The notes under the pieces: model-generated | Seen by the model: the letters and a program-made list of their open reading frames with translations, nothing else | Told to the model about the DNA's origin: nothing | The model's database searches: none | DNA from: Vulcanimicrobiota bacterium | Lineage (GTDB): Bacteria; Vulcanimicrobiota; Xenobia; Xenobiales; JADMJV01 | Length of the DNA stretch: 64,000 bases | Direction: 5' to 3' | NCBI GenBank assembly: GCA_050250895.1 | Contig: JBFWNU010000006.1 | Location: forward strand, 247,513 to 311,512 | Position numbers and translations under genes: made by a program | Shown here: in pieces, positions 27,686-37,530 of the stretch | How the letters are laid out: each line of letters starts with the position of its first letter | Position numbering within the stretch: the first letter of the stretch is position 1

Positions 27686-29376
27686 CCGACGGCGAGCGCC
27701 TGGCGGTGTGGCAGGCGGCCTGGCCCAGGGCGCTTGATCTCTGGAGCCGCTATACCCGCTTGAGCGAACCTCGCTGGTGCCTGGACGCGGCCCAGGAGAA
27801 GGCCCAGGGAATGGGCGACAGCATCGCCATGATCCGGCTAAACGATCAGGCGATTTGTGTTTCCTTTCCGCAGATCCAGCGCTTTGACCTGGACCGTTAC
27901 GCCCTGGTGATTCTGGCCCACGAGATCGGGCATCACGTCTATACACCCGGAGATCTCATCGATATGGGGCGTAGCCTGGCCCGAGTACGGGCCGCCTTGC
28001 CGACCCTGGAAGAGGCCGCTCCTATGGTCTGCAACATCTATGAAGACCTGCTCATCAACGACCGCCTCCATCGCTTTCATGACCTCGATGTGGCCGGGGT
28101 CTACCAGGCTATCAATCGGGTCAATGGCGGCGATGGGCGGTTATGGAACCTGATGATGCGCATCTTCGAGATTCTGTGGAGCCTGCAACGGGGCACCCTG
28201 GCCCGCGGCGTCGAGGATCAGATGGAGGGGGATGCCCAACTGGGAGCGCGTTTGATCCGCAACTATGCCCAGGACTGGGTCGAGGGAAGCGGTTCCTTCG
28301 GGTTGCTTTGCTTGCCCTATCTGCTCGAGGACAAGGAGGCCAATCGGGCTCAGGAGCAGGCTTTGATGGATGCCCTGAAAGCGGGGGCCGGAGCCGAGAT
28401 CCCCGGGGGACTGATCGTATCCGAGGGGGCGGTGGCAGTGCACCCCGCCGAACTCGACCAGGCCGAAGCCCAAGCCATTCGCACTGGTGAGGGCCAGTGT
28501 CGAGAACCCTTTGAATACGGTGCTCTACTCCGCGCCCTGGGCATGCAGCTTAGCGATGAAGAGGTGGCGGCTCGCTACTACCGCGAGCGGGCGCTGCCCT
28601 ACTTAATACCTTTTCCTACTCGCCAGCGCCCCGAAACGGCCGAGCCGTTGCTGGAGGGGCTCGAGAGTTGGGACATCGGTTTTCCCCTGGAAGACGTCGA
28701 TTGGCTCGAATCGGTGATGGTCAGCCCCAGGGTCGTGCCGGGGGTGACCACGGTGCAGCGGGTTTGGGGAACGATGGACGGCGTTCTTCCCGAGCCCGAA
28801 CCCATCGACCTCGATCTGTACGTCGACTGTTCGGGCTCGATGCCCGACCCTCGTCAGCGGGTGTCTTATTTGACGCTGGCCGGGGCCATCGTGGCCATCT
28901 CGTGTCTACGAGCCGGAGGCCGGGTCCAGATCACGCTGTGGAGTGGGCCGATGCAGTTCATCGCCAGCGACGGCTTTCTCCGCAACGAGAAAGAAATCAT
29001 GGCCACCCTGACGAGGTATCTGAGTGGCTCGACGGCCTTTCCCCTGCACATGTTTCGCCGGACCTATAGCCAGCGAAAGGCCCACGAGCGGCCGGTCCAT
29101 ATCTTGATTATCTCTGACGACGGGGTCGACACCATCGACCAGCCTGACGAACTGGGCAACCCGGGCCTGGAGTTGGCCCGGATGGCCCTCGAGAAAGCCG
29201 GCGCCGGTGGCACGATGGTCTTATACCTGTGGGCCAACCAGCGCGAGCGGCCGTTCTTTTCCACGGTCGAGCAGATGGGTTGGCGTATCTTCCAACTCAG
29301 GCAGTGGGAAGACCTGGTGGCCTTCGCGCGCGACTTCGCCAGAGAGCGGTTCGAAATAGCCGGATCGGCTCGTTGA
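27682..29376 (+). CDS. Metallopeptidase-like (HExxH) + von Willebrand A domain protein
   Basis: GTG overlapping the upstream stop; AHEIGHH; MIDAS DCSGS..T..ISDD. Confidence 0.85.
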   Translation: MTDGERLAVWQAAWPRALDLWSRYTRLSEPRWCLDAAQEKAQGMGDSIAMIRLNDQAICVSFPQIQRFDLDRYALVILAHEIGHHVYTPGDLIDMGRSLARVRAALPTLEEAAPMVCNIYEDLLINDRLHRFHDLDVAGVYQAINRVNGGDGRLWNLMMRIFEILWSLQRGTLARGVEDQMEGDAQLGARLIRNYAQDWVEGSGSFGLLCLPYLLEDKEANRAQEQALMDALKAGAGAEIPGGLIVSEGAVAVHPAELDQAEAQAIRTGEGQCREPFEYGALLRALGMQLSDEEVAARYYRERALPYLIPFPTRQRPETAEPLLEGLESWDIGFPLEDVDWLESVMVSPRVVPGVTTVQRVWGTMDGVLPEPEPIDLDLYVDCSGSMPDPRQRVSYLTLAGAIVAISCLRAGGRVQITLWSGPMQFIASDGFLRNEKEIMATLTRYLSGSTAFPLHMFRRTYSQRKAHERPVHILIISDDGVDTIDQPDELGNPGLELARMALEKAGAGGTMVLYLWANQRERPFFSTVEQMGWRIFQLRQWEDLVAFARDFARERFEIAGSAR

Positions 29377-29381
29377 AGCCG

Positions 29382-29861
29382 TTATTTCTTGCCGATGTTC
29401 GTCAGAGCGGCGCTAATCCCGGCGGCGGCCAGGCCGGCTCCCGTGGCTAGAATGCCTCCCGCCAGCGGGTTGGCCGAGAGCGCGCCCACCGCGGCGCCGG
29501 CGGCGGTGCCGAGCACCCCCCCCGTGATGGCGGCGGGGAGGCTATTGTTGCTATTGCTCATGATGCCGCCCATGACATCGGCCCACATCCCCACGGCTCC
29601 CAGGGCGGTGGCTCCGAACAGTCCACCCGCTGCTGCGCCGGCCAGGGTATGAGTCAGGCCCGTGCCGGTGCCGGCGTAGAACCCCAGCGCCCCCGCTCCG
29701 GCGGCGGCGCCCAGGGTCAAGACCCATTTTCCGATCTTGGTCGGAAGGGGTGTGGTGGGTTCAAAGCCGTCACCGGGCTGCGTCGGTTCGGGGGAAGGTT
29801 GGGGGTTGGTTGCGGCCCGAGGCGTGATGGATGGCGTGGTTTGAAAAGGCTTGATCTGCAT
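29382..29861 (-). CDS. Glycine-zipper membrane protein with Pro/Thr-rich N-terminus
   Basis: AGGAG RBS; repeated GxxxG/AxxxG hydrophobic segments. Confidence 0.75.
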   Translation of the reverse strand: MQIKPFQTTPSITPRAATNPQPSPEPTQPGDGFEPTTPLPTKIGKWVLTLGAAAGAGALGFYAGTGTGLTHTLAGAAAGGLFGATALGAVGMWADVMGGIMSNSNNSLPAAITGGVLGTAAGAAVGALSANPLAGGILATGAGLAAAGISAALTNIGKK

Positions 29862-29916
29862 TGTGAATTCTCCTACTCGCCGAGTCTAGATTGGCCGTCT
29901 GAACCTACCCTGAAAA

Positions 29917-29971
29917 CTTAAGCCAATCTTCAGGTTTGTCCCAGACTTGCTTCAGGCTGCTGGGCTAGGAT
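29917..29971 (+). promoter_or_regulatory. OmpR/PhoB-type direct-repeat operator and -10 box of the tolC-macAB-like operon
   Basis: CTTAAG(29917), CTTCAG(29928), TCCCAG(29939), CTTCAG(29950) at 11-bp period, ending 10 bp before TAGGAT (29966). Confidence 0.55.
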
Positions 29972-29977
29972 CGGCTG

Positions 29978-31330
29978 GTGAGATTGTTGTTCAGAACATG
30001 GCTGCTGGTGTCGCTCCTGGGGCTACCGACGCTGGCCCAGGAGGCGCCACCTCAACTCACCGTGAGCGAGGCTGTGGCCACCGCCCTCGAAAACAACCAC
30101 GGTTTTCGTTCGGCCAACAAGACGGCCGAGGCCGCCGGCTATCGCAAAGATCAGGCCTATTCGTCCTACTATCCGAGCCTGGACCTCAGTTCCACCTTTC
30201 AGCACTCCGAGTCGCTCAGTTCGTCAGGCCGAAGCAGTGGGGGAGTGGCCGTCCAGCAAGGCGGGGTGTTCGTGGTCAGCAACTCCAACAGCAACGTGCG
30301 AGACAACCTGGGAGTGTCTCTCAACACTCGCTATGACCTTTTCAACGCCGTCCGCGGTCACAACACCGAGGCGGCCGAGAAGAGCTATGAGGCTGCCTTG
30401 TTCGACCTGGAGGGCACTCGCCTGGACCTGGCTCTGCAGGTGCGGCAGCTTTTCTACACCGCCTATCTCGATCAACAGTTGCTCGAGATTCGTGACCAGG
30501 AAGTATCCAACCGCGAGCGCCATCTCGAGCAGGCCGAGGGATTTCACCAATCCGGCCTCAGAGCCCGTAACGAGGTGGCCAGGGCCGAGGCGGATCTAGC
30601 TCAATCCAAGCTCGCCCAGGCCCGGGCTCGAGCTACCCTCGAGACCGATTGGATTGCCCTCAACGTAGCCATGGGTCGGCCCCAATCCGATCCTTATCAA
30701 CTGGTGCTCGACGAGGCCGACTCGGTGGTTCCGGAGGTGGCGACCGAAACGTTGGTCGAGGCCGCTTTCCAGCGCCGTCCCGAACTGCAGGGCCTGCTGG
30801 CCAGGCTGCAAGCCCAGTTCGCCCGGGTGGCGGCGGCCCGGGCCGGGCGCTATCCCAGTCTGGGCGTGAGCGCTGGTTACAACCTCAACGGCCAGCCGAC
30901 TCCCTTCGACCCCGCGTGGAACGTGGGTCTCTCGCTGAGCGTCCCGCTCTTTGACGGCTTTCTCGACGAGTATACGGCCAAAGAGGCCCAGGCTACGGCC
31001 GAGGCCATCTCTGAGGACTTCGAGCAGCAGCGGGATGTGGTTTATCGCGAGATCGCCAGTTTGATGGCCACCGTGCGTCAGACCCAGGTCCAGCTCGACA
31101 CGGCCCGCGTGGGCATTAGGGCCGCTGAAGAGAACTATCGACTGGCTTCAGAGCGCTACAAGGTCGGGGTAGGTACCGACCTGGAGTTGTCCGATGCCGA
31201 ACTGGCTCTCACCCAGGCTCGCTCTGAACTGGTTTCGGCCGAGAGCGCCCTTTTTCAGGCCCGGGCCCAGTTGGCCCGGGCGGTGGGGGTGTTCGACCTG
31301 GCCAACCTCGATCTGGAAGGTGATTCGTGA
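29978..31330 (+). CDS. TolC family outer-membrane efflux protein
   Basis: Signal peptide; two OEP repeats ('YYPSLDLS', 'RYPSLGVS..LSVPLFDG', 'ERYKVGVGT'). Confidence 0.9.
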   Translation: MRLLFRTWLLVSLLGLPTLAQEAPPQLTVSEAVATALENNHGFRSANKTAEAAGYRKDQAYSSYYPSLDLSSTFQHSESLSSSGRSSGGVAVQQGGVFVVSNSNSNVRDNLGVSLNTRYDLFNAVRGHNTEAAEKSYEAALFDLEGTRLDLALQVRQLFYTAYLDQQLLEIRDQEVSNRERHLEQAEGFHQSGLRARNEVARAEADLAQSKLAQARARATLETDWIALNVAMGRPQSDPYQLVLDEADSVVPEVATETLVEAAFQRRPELQGLLARLQAQFARVAAARAGRYPSLGVSAGYNLNGQPTPFDPAWNVGLSLSVPLFDGFLDEYTAKEAQATAEAISEDFEQQRDVVYREIASLMATVRQTQVQLDTARVGIRAAEENYRLASERYKVGVGTDLELSDAELALTQARSELVSAESALFQARAQLARAVGVFDLANLDLEGDS

Positions 31331-32868
31331 AAAAGTTATTGATGGCTTTGATGGTGCTGCTGGTGGCCCTGGCCGTGTGGTGGTTTCTACCCACCAAAGC
31401 CAGCGCCCCCAGATATCGAACGGCCGAGGTGGAAGTGGGCGACGTGGCCCGCAAGGTCAGCGCCACCGGAACTTTGCAGGCCGTCACCCGCATCGATGTG
31501 GGTAGCGAGGTTTCAGGTCGCATCGCTAGCCTCGAGGTCGGATTCAATTCCACCGTAAAGCGTGGCGATGTGCTGGCTCGCCTGGATCCAGCCACGTTTC
31601 AGGCCCAGCTCGAACAGGCTCAGGCCAGCGTAAACAACGCCACCTCGGGCCTCAACAGTGCGGTGGCCGATGCGGGTAACGCGGCCGCCAACGTGCGCAC
31701 TGCCGAGGCCGCTATCAAGACAGCCCAGAGCAAGATCTTGCAGGCCCAGGCCAACGTCGCCAACGCCCGCGCCTCGGTGCACTCGGCCGAAGCGGCGGTG
31801 GCCAAGGCCAAAGCCGATTGGGTGGTGGCTTCGCGCAACAGTGAGCGCATGACCGAGTTGGCCGGCCGCGATCTGGTGGCCTTATCCGAGGCCGAGCAGG
31901 CGGTGGCTACCGGCCAGGGTTCGCAGGCCGGCGTCGAGACCGCCCAGGCGCAACTCGAGGGGGCTCAAGCCAATCTGCTTTCGAACCAGACCAACGTCGA
32001 CGCGGCCCGCGTCGATCTCGAGTCGGCCCAGATCAAGCGCGACGCGGCTCTCGAATTGCAGCAGGCTTCCCAGGCCAGGATTCAGGGGGCCCGCGCCCAG
32101 GTGCAACAGGCCCAGGCCAATCTCGACCAGGCGCGCATCAATCTCGAGCGCACCGTCATTCGCTCACCCATTGACGGCATCGTGCTCGATGTGCTGGTGA
32201 CCGAGGGCCAGACGGTAGCCGCCCAACTCCAGGCGCCCAGCCTGTTCATTCTGGCTGAGAATCTCAACCAGATGCAGGTCGAGACCAGCATCGACGAGGC
32301 CGATATCGGACAGGTCAAGGCTGGCATGAAGGCCATCTTTACGGTGGATGCCTTTCCCGACGAGAGGTTCGAGGGCAAGGTCACCGAGGTCAGGCAATCG
32401 CCGGTGGTGGTTCAGAACGTGGTCACCTACACCGTTATCATCGAGGCCACCAACCCCGAACTCAGACTCAAGCCGGGCATGACGGCGACCGTAGATATCG
32501 TGGTCGAGAGCAAGAATCAGGTGACCATGATCCCCAGCGCCGCTCTTCGCTTCAAGCCCGATGAAACCGAGTCGGGCTCGGGAACGCAAGCGTCTGGGGA
32601 GCAGCCACGCCTGAGCCAGCGCCGGGGCCGGGGTGAAGGTCGCAGCCGCGAAGGCCGCACCGTCTACACCCTCGAGGGTGACCAGCTGGTGCCTCACAAA
32701 GTGAAGACCGGACTTACCGACGCCATCAACACCGAGATGATCGAGGGCGATCTCAAGTCCGGCCAGCAGGTGGTGGTGGGTAAAGCCGTGCCCGAGACCG
32801 AGGCCACTCCGGCCAGCAGCAATAATCGCAGCGGCGGCAATCGGCGGCGCGGAATGAGGATGTTTTAG
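31327..32868 (+). CDS. MacA-like periplasmic adaptor (membrane fusion protein)
   Basis: N-terminal TM; VGSEVSGRI, long coiled coil, IRSPIDG, DEADIGQV, LKPGMTA. Confidence 0.9.
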   Translation: MKKLLMALMVLLVALAVWWFLPTKASAPRYRTAEVEVGDVARKVSATGTLQAVTRIDVGSEVSGRIASLEVGFNSTVKRGDVLARLDPATFQAQLEQAQASVNNATSGLNSAVADAGNAAANVRTAEAAIKTAQSKILQAQANVANARASVHSAEAAVAKAKADWVVASRNSERMTELAGRDLVALSEAEQAVATGQGSQAGVETAQAQLEGAQANLLSNQTNVDAARVDLESAQIKRDAALELQQASQARIQGARAQVQQAQANLDQARINLERTVIRSPIDGIVLDVLVTEGQTVAAQLQAPSLFILAENLNQMQVETSIDEADIGQVKAGMKAIFTVDAFPDERFEGKVTEVRQSPVVVQNVVTYTVIIEATNPELRLKPGMTATVDIVVESKNQVTMIPSAALRFKPDETESGSGTQASGEQPRLSQRRGRGEGRSREGRTVYTLEGDQLVPHKVKTGLTDAINTEMIEGDLKSGQQVVVGKAVPETEATPASSNNRSGGNRRRGMRMF

Positions 32869-33542
32869 TGACGCCCGTATTGGAAATCAGCCAACTCGAA
32901 CGCACCTATCGCAACGGCCAGATCGAGGTCAAAGCCCTTCGAGGCGTGAGCTTCACGGTCGAGCGGGGCGATTTCGTGGCCGTGATGGGGCCTTCGGGTT
33001 CGGGCAAGTCGACCATGATGAACATCCTCGGTTGCCTCGATCGACCCACTGCCGGCAGTTACAAGCTCGATGGGGTCGAAACGGCTCGACTAGACACTGA
33101 CGAGCGGGCGCGACTGCGCAACCAGAAGATCGGTTTCGTCTTTCAGGGCTTCAATCTGCTGGCCCGCACCACGGCGGTGGAAAACGTCGAGTTGCCTCTG
33201 CTGTATCAAGGCCTCTACGACCCCGAGGCCAGACGAGCCCGCTGTCGCAGCGCTCTGACGCGAGTCAAACTGGGTCATCGCTTCGACCACGTCCCGTCGC
33301 ATCTGTCCGGTGGCGAGCAGCAGCGGGTGGCCATCGCCCGCGCTCTGGTCACCGAGCCTTCGCTGCTGCTGGCCGACGAGCCCACCGGCAATCTGGACAC
33401 CCGCACCAGCGACGAGGTTATGGAGCTCTTTGGCGAACTCAACGCCCACGGCCTAACCATCGTCATGGTCACTCACGAGCAAGACGTGGCTGACAAGGCG
33501 CGTCGCATCATCACGTTCCGCGACGGGAGGCTGGTCGCCTAG
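32868..33542 (+). CDS. MacB/LolD-type ABC transporter ATP-binding protein
   Basis: [39 protein letters not shown]. Confidence 0.95.
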   Translation: MTPVLEISQLERTYRNGQIEVKALRGVSFTVERGDFVAVMGPSGSGKSTMMNILGCLDRPTAGSYKLDGVETARLDTDERARLRNQKIGFVFQGFNLLARTTAVENVELPLLYQGLYDPEARRARCRSALTRVKLGHRFDHVPSHLSGGEQQRVAIARALVTEPSLLLADEPTGNLDTRTSDEVMELFGELNAHGLTIVMVTHEQDVADKARRIITFRDGRLVA

Positions 33543-34760
33543 ATGACGCTCTCGAGCACCTTCACCATTGCCGCCAGGGCTCTGACGCGCAACGCCATGC
33601 GTACCTTCCTGACCATGCTGGGTCTCATTATCGGGGTTGGCGCCGTCATTACCATGCTGGCCCTGGGCAACGGCGCCCGCACCTCGATTCAAGCCAGCAT
33701 CGCCAGCCTGGGCACCAACACCATCATGATCTCGTCGGGCTCGGTCAACTCGGGCGGTGTGCGCAGCGGTGCCTTCGGCAGTTCGAACCTGACCGTGGAG
33801 GACGCCGAGGCCCTGGCGAACCAGGCGCCGTCGCTGGCCTATGTGGCCCCCATGACCCAGAACAGTTCCCAGGTGGTCTATCAAAACCAGAACTGGTTCA
33901 CCAGCGTCCAGGGTACCAGCCCCGACTTTACCGAGATTCGCAACTGGCCCGTCGAGTCGGGCCAGTTCTTTACCGCCGCCGACGTTCGCTCGGCGGCCAA
34001 GGTGTGCGTGCTGGGTCGGACCGTGGCCAACGAACTCTTCGACGATGAAGAGCCTATCGGCCAGACCCTTCGCATCGGTCGCGTCCCTTTTCGGGTGGTG
34101 GGCATTCTCTCGGTCAAAGGCGAAGCCGCCTTCGGCCAGAACCAGGACGACCTGGTCGTGGTGCCCTACACCACTGCCATGAAGCGCTTGTTCAATCAGA
34201 ACAACCTGCGCAACATTCTAGCCTCGGCCAGCAGCGAAGAGGCCGTGCCCACGGCCGTGGCCGAGATCACCGACATCCTCAAGGTCCGCCATCGCATTCG
34301 CGAGGGACAAGAAGAGGACTTCTCGGTGCGGACTCAGGCCGAGTTCGCCCAGACCGCCGCCGAGTCCACCCGCGTCTTCACCATGCTGTTGGGGGGCATC
34401 GCTTCCGTCTCGCTGTTGGTAGGCGGCATTGGCATCATGAATATTATGTTGGTCTCGGTCACCGAGCGCATTCGCGAGATCGGCATCCGGATGGCGGTGG
34501 GCGCGCGCGCCCGCGATATCTTGCAACAGTTTCTGGTGGAGGCCATTTTGCTTTCGGTGGCGGGCGGGGCGGTGGGCGTCGGCTTGGGGTTCTTGCTGGC
34601 CAAGGTGGGGGCCTCATTCTCGAATTGGAAACTGGTGGTCTCGCCGCAGTCGGTGGTGCTGGCCTTCGGATTCTCGGCCTTTATCGGAGTCTTCTTCGGT
34701 CTCTACCCGGCCGTCAAAGCTTCGCGTCTGGACCCCATCGAGGCCCTGCGCCACGAGTAA
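33543..34760 (+). CDS. MacB-type ABC transporter permease
   Basis: RTFLTMLGLIIG, VGGIGIMNIMLVSVTERIREIGIRMAVGA, LDPIEALR. Confidence 0.95.
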   Translation: MTLSSTFTIAARALTRNAMRTFLTMLGLIIGVGAVITMLALGNGARTSIQASIASLGTNTIMISSGSVNSGGVRSGAFGSSNLTVEDAEALANQAPSLAYVAPMTQNSSQVVYQNQNWFTSVQGTSPDFTEIRNWPVESGQFFTAADVRSAAKVCVLGRTVANELFDDEEPIGQTLRIGRVPFRVVGILSVKGEAAFGQNQDDLVVVPYTTAMKRLFNQNNLRNILASASSEEAVPTAVAEITDILKVRHRIREGQEEDFSVRTQAEFAQTAAESTRVFTMLLGGIASVSLLVGGIGIMNIMLVSVTERIREIGIRMAVGARARDILQQFLVEAILLSVAGGAVGVGLGFLLAKVGASFSNWKLVVSPQSVVLAFGFSAFIGVFFGLYPAVKASRLDPIEALRHE

Positions 34761-34762
34761 AA

Positions 34763-34791
34763 TTGCGCCTGGGCCGACGGCCTGCTAGAAT
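34763..34791 (+). promoter_or_regulatory. Sigma70-type promoter, probably leaderless, for the Uma2 gene
   Basis: TTGCGC-17 bp-TAGAAT with extended TG, 6 bp before ATG 34798, no SD. Confidence 0.6.
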
Positions 34792-34797
34792 TGGGCC

Positions 34798-35364
34798 ATG
34801 CTTGCCCATCGAGAACGTCGCCGCTTCACACCGGCAGAGTACCTGGCCCTCGAGGAGCGTTCCGAAACCAGGAGCGAGTTTTATCGGGGCGAGATCTTTG
34901 CCATGAGCGGTGGCACGGTTGAGCACAACCGACTGGTGCGCAATCTGACCGCGCTTCTGGATGCAGGTTTGCGAGGCTCGAGTTGCGAGGTTTTCGTAGC
35001 CGACATGCGCTTGCATGTGGCCGCTCACGAACTCTTTACCTATCCAGATCTATTTGTGGTCTGCGGGCCCTTGCCGCGGATGACAGAACGTGCCGATACG
35101 CTGGTCGACGCCAAGCTCGTCGTCGAGGTTCTGTCTCCTTCCACCGAAAAATACGATCGGGGCGAGAAGTTTCACCTTTATCAGGGGCTGCCTTCCTTCT
35201 CGGAGTATTTGCTGGTCCGCCAGGACCGCATCGAGATCGAACGCCACAGTCGGCGCAGCCCCGACGAGTGGGTATGGTCGCGGCATCGCGAGGCGGACCA
35301 GATCGAGTTGGCCTCGATCGGGCTGTGCCTGGCCGCGGCCGACATCTACCGAGACGTGTTTTAA
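34798..35364 (+). CDS. Uma2 family (DUF820) PD-(D/E)xK endonuclease
   Basis: EYLALE..E...G...AM.G....H, YPD, VEVLSPST..YDRGEKF..Y. Confidence 0.9.
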   Translation: MLAHRERRRFTPAEYLALEERSETRSEFYRGEIFAMSGGTVEHNRLVRNLTALLDAGLRGSSCEVFVADMRLHVAAHELFTYPDLFVVCGPLPRMTERADTLVDAKLVVEVLSPSTEKYDRGEKFHLYQGLPSFSEYLLVRQDRIEIERHSRRSPDEWVWSRHREADQIELASIGLCLAAADIYRDVF

Positions 35365-35370
35365 CCCACC

Positions 35371-37434
35371 CTATTCGTTCTCGATCTCGAGGAAGACATC
35401 GCCGATCTGGATGCCCTCGTCCTGGATGTCGATGTTGACATCCGGCCTGACCCCGCCGGCCTGCTGCAGATAGAGATCCAGGAATTCGCGGCCGGCGGCC
35501 GGATCCCAGTCATGAGCGGCCAGATAGTCGGCCATCTTGGCATAATGTTGGTCAAAGCTCTTTTCGCCCAGCTTCTGGCGCAGTTCGACTTCAAGCGAGA
35601 AAAGCTGATGGGCTTTGGGAAGGTCTCCACCGGCGTTGCCCAGCTGCAGTTTGAGTCGCTCGAAGGCGGGCCCGGGGGCAAGCGGGCCGCGTTTTTTTTC
35701 GAGGAACCGATACTCGTCAAAGGCCACGCCCAGAGCGGGGAAACTGCCGGGCAGTTCGGCCAGGCCGGGCTCGCGGGCCACCCGCCGGGCCCAGCTGTCT
35801 AACACCTGCTGGCGCTGGTCAGAGAGGGGCACCTCGGTGCGCGAAGGGGCGCTGGCCTGAAGTAGCAGCGAGGTGTTGGCAGCCAGATGCTGGCTGTCGG
35901 ATTGCTCGATCGAGGGCAGGCGTCGAGCTACTTCGCGACGGCGGTAGAGCTGCTCCTTGAAGGAACGAATGGAGGGGAATTTCTCGGTGCGCGAGAGAGC
36001 CAACAGATTGGTCAGCTCTTCTTCCACCGCCGGCTGGTCGTTGTTGGCCAACAGGGCCAGCGAGAGCAACGTCTCGGCGCCGGCTTCATCGAGGTTGATG
36101 CTCTCGGAGAGTTGGGCGCGCACCTTGTCGAGCAGCTCCGAACCACGCTCTTCCAGGCCCACCAGCTCAAACAGAGCGGGGAAGTATTGGCCCTCGGCTC
36201 GGCTCACGCGAGCGAAGTTGTAGTCCTCGAAATCGCCGTGGTCAAAACGTAGAAACTGCGAGAGCAGATGGTCTTCCGGGCTCTGGCGCACTCCGTTGCG
36301 GGTGAACTTGAAGTCCTTGAGCAGGTCGGCGTTGCTCTCTTTGAACTTGTTGAGACCCCGCAGGTAGGCACCCATCTCTTCTACGGTCGAGTCCTCATAG
36401 CGCTCCCAGATGGCTTCGATGCGGGGGCGGATGACCCGCTTGAGCACGTGAGTCATCACCGGGATCGACGGCTTGTAGTCGACATCGTGGGCGATTCCCT
36501 CGAACAGATAGGCGTGCGCCGGACCGAGATTCTCCTCCGGCGCCGAAGCGATGGCCTGGAGCACCTCTTCGGTCCGCTCGGGGGCCATCCGCAGCAGGGG
36601 CAGGACCGAGTCTACCAGGTCGCCCCGCGAACTGATGGTCTCGGTGACCAGGCGCTCGACGCCCTGCCAGAACTTGTCCTGGGCTAACAACTCGGGAAAG
36701 GCCTGACCCATGGCCCCGTAGATGGCCACCCGATCGCTGCTCTGCTTGCCGATCACGCCCTCGACCTCGGCCCGGTCGGCCATGCCCAGCAAGCGCTCGA
36801 GATGAGGCTGCAGCCCCTCACGCAAAGGCTCGGAATCCTTGGCTTCTTCAAACAGGCGGCGCACCGCCCGCAGATCGTGGGCGTAGATCAGTCCGTCCTG
36901 ACACCAATCCAGCATCTGGGTTACGTGTTCGGCCATGTGGCCGTCCTGCGTCCAATCGGCGACCAGACGGTCGGCCCGGTCATCGTAGTAAGCTAGATCG
37001 CTGCGCAGACGATCGCTTGTTGCATCAGGCATCTCGAGTAACAACGCCCCGGCGTGACCGCGGAAGACGCCCTTGTCGAGACCCTCTTCGAGGCTGACCT
37101 GGCCCAGTTTGAGGTCGCCGGCCTCGATCCAGTGCTGGGCTGTCTGGCGCAGTGCTTGGCGGGTCTCGTCGACCAGTTCTTTAGAGAAGCGTTGGTCGTC
37201 GATCTTGCGATAGAAATCGACCAGCACCTGGCCGGCCCGCATGGGCACTTCCTCGCTGTGCGGCTCGAAGCTCTCGAGTTCGCCGACCATGGACTCAAAG
37301 CACTTCTGGTCGCGATAACGGCCGGCGTCGTCGTAAAAGACCGAGGTGAATTCTCGTTCGCGAGCCTCGAGCGCCGAAATCCTGGGGTCGACCCGCCGCT
37401 GGGGAGCAGCCGTCTGGTTTGATATCGAGAGCAT
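35371..37434 (-). CDS. Large hypothetical alpha-helical protein
   Basis: Long ORF with GC3-biased codons; probable start MLSISNQT at 37434; acidic C-terminal motif IDIQDEGIQIGDVFLEIE. Confidence 0.75.
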   Translation of the reverse strand: MLSISNQTAAPQRRVDPRISALEAREREFTSVFYDDAGRYRDQKCFESMVGELESFEPHSEEVPMRAGQVLVDFYRKIDDQRFSKELVDETRQALRQTAQHWIEAGDLKLGQVSLEEGLDKGVFRGHAGALLLEMPDATSDRLRSDLAYYDDRADRLVADWTQDGHMAEHVTQMLDWCQDGLIYAHDLRAVRRLFEEAKDSEPLREGLQPHLERLLGMADRAEVEGVIGKQSSDRVAIYGAMGQAFPELLAQDKFWQGVERLVTETISSRGDLVDSVLPLLRMAPERTEEVLQAIASAPEENLGPAHAYLFEGIAHDVDYKPSIPVMTHVLKRVIRPRIEAIWERYEDSTVEEMGAYLRGLNKFKESNADLLKDFKFTRNGVRQSPEDHLLSQFLRFDHGDFEDYNFARVSRAEGQYFPALFELVGLEERGSELLDKVRAQLSESINLDEAGAETLLSLALLANNDQPAVEEELTNLLALSRTEKFPSIRSFKEQLYRRREVARRLPSIEQSDSQHLAANTSLLLQASAPSRTEVPLSDQRQQVLDSWARRVAREPGLAELPGSFPALGVAFDEYRFLEKKRGPLAPGPAFERLKLQLGNAGGDLPKAHQLFSLEVELRQKLGEKSFDQHYAKMADYLAAHDWDPAAGREFLDLYLQQAGGVRPDVNIDIQDEGIQIGDVFLEIENE

Positions 37435-37530
37435 GATCGTCCTGAAACTATCACCCCGGGTCGAAAGCCGCATTGAGAACATGTAACATGGTCGCGAGGA
37501 TGGCGGGTCGAACCGCCCGAACTTCTCGCC

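Noticed and set aside
31600-32150. Repetitive Ala/Gln codon pattern in the adaptor gene
   Set aside because: Explained by the long coiled-coil hairpin of a MacA-type protein
34798-35364. Uma2 gene as mobile element or defence island
   Set aside because: Solitary, host-like composition, with no flanking repeats, integrase or partner genes
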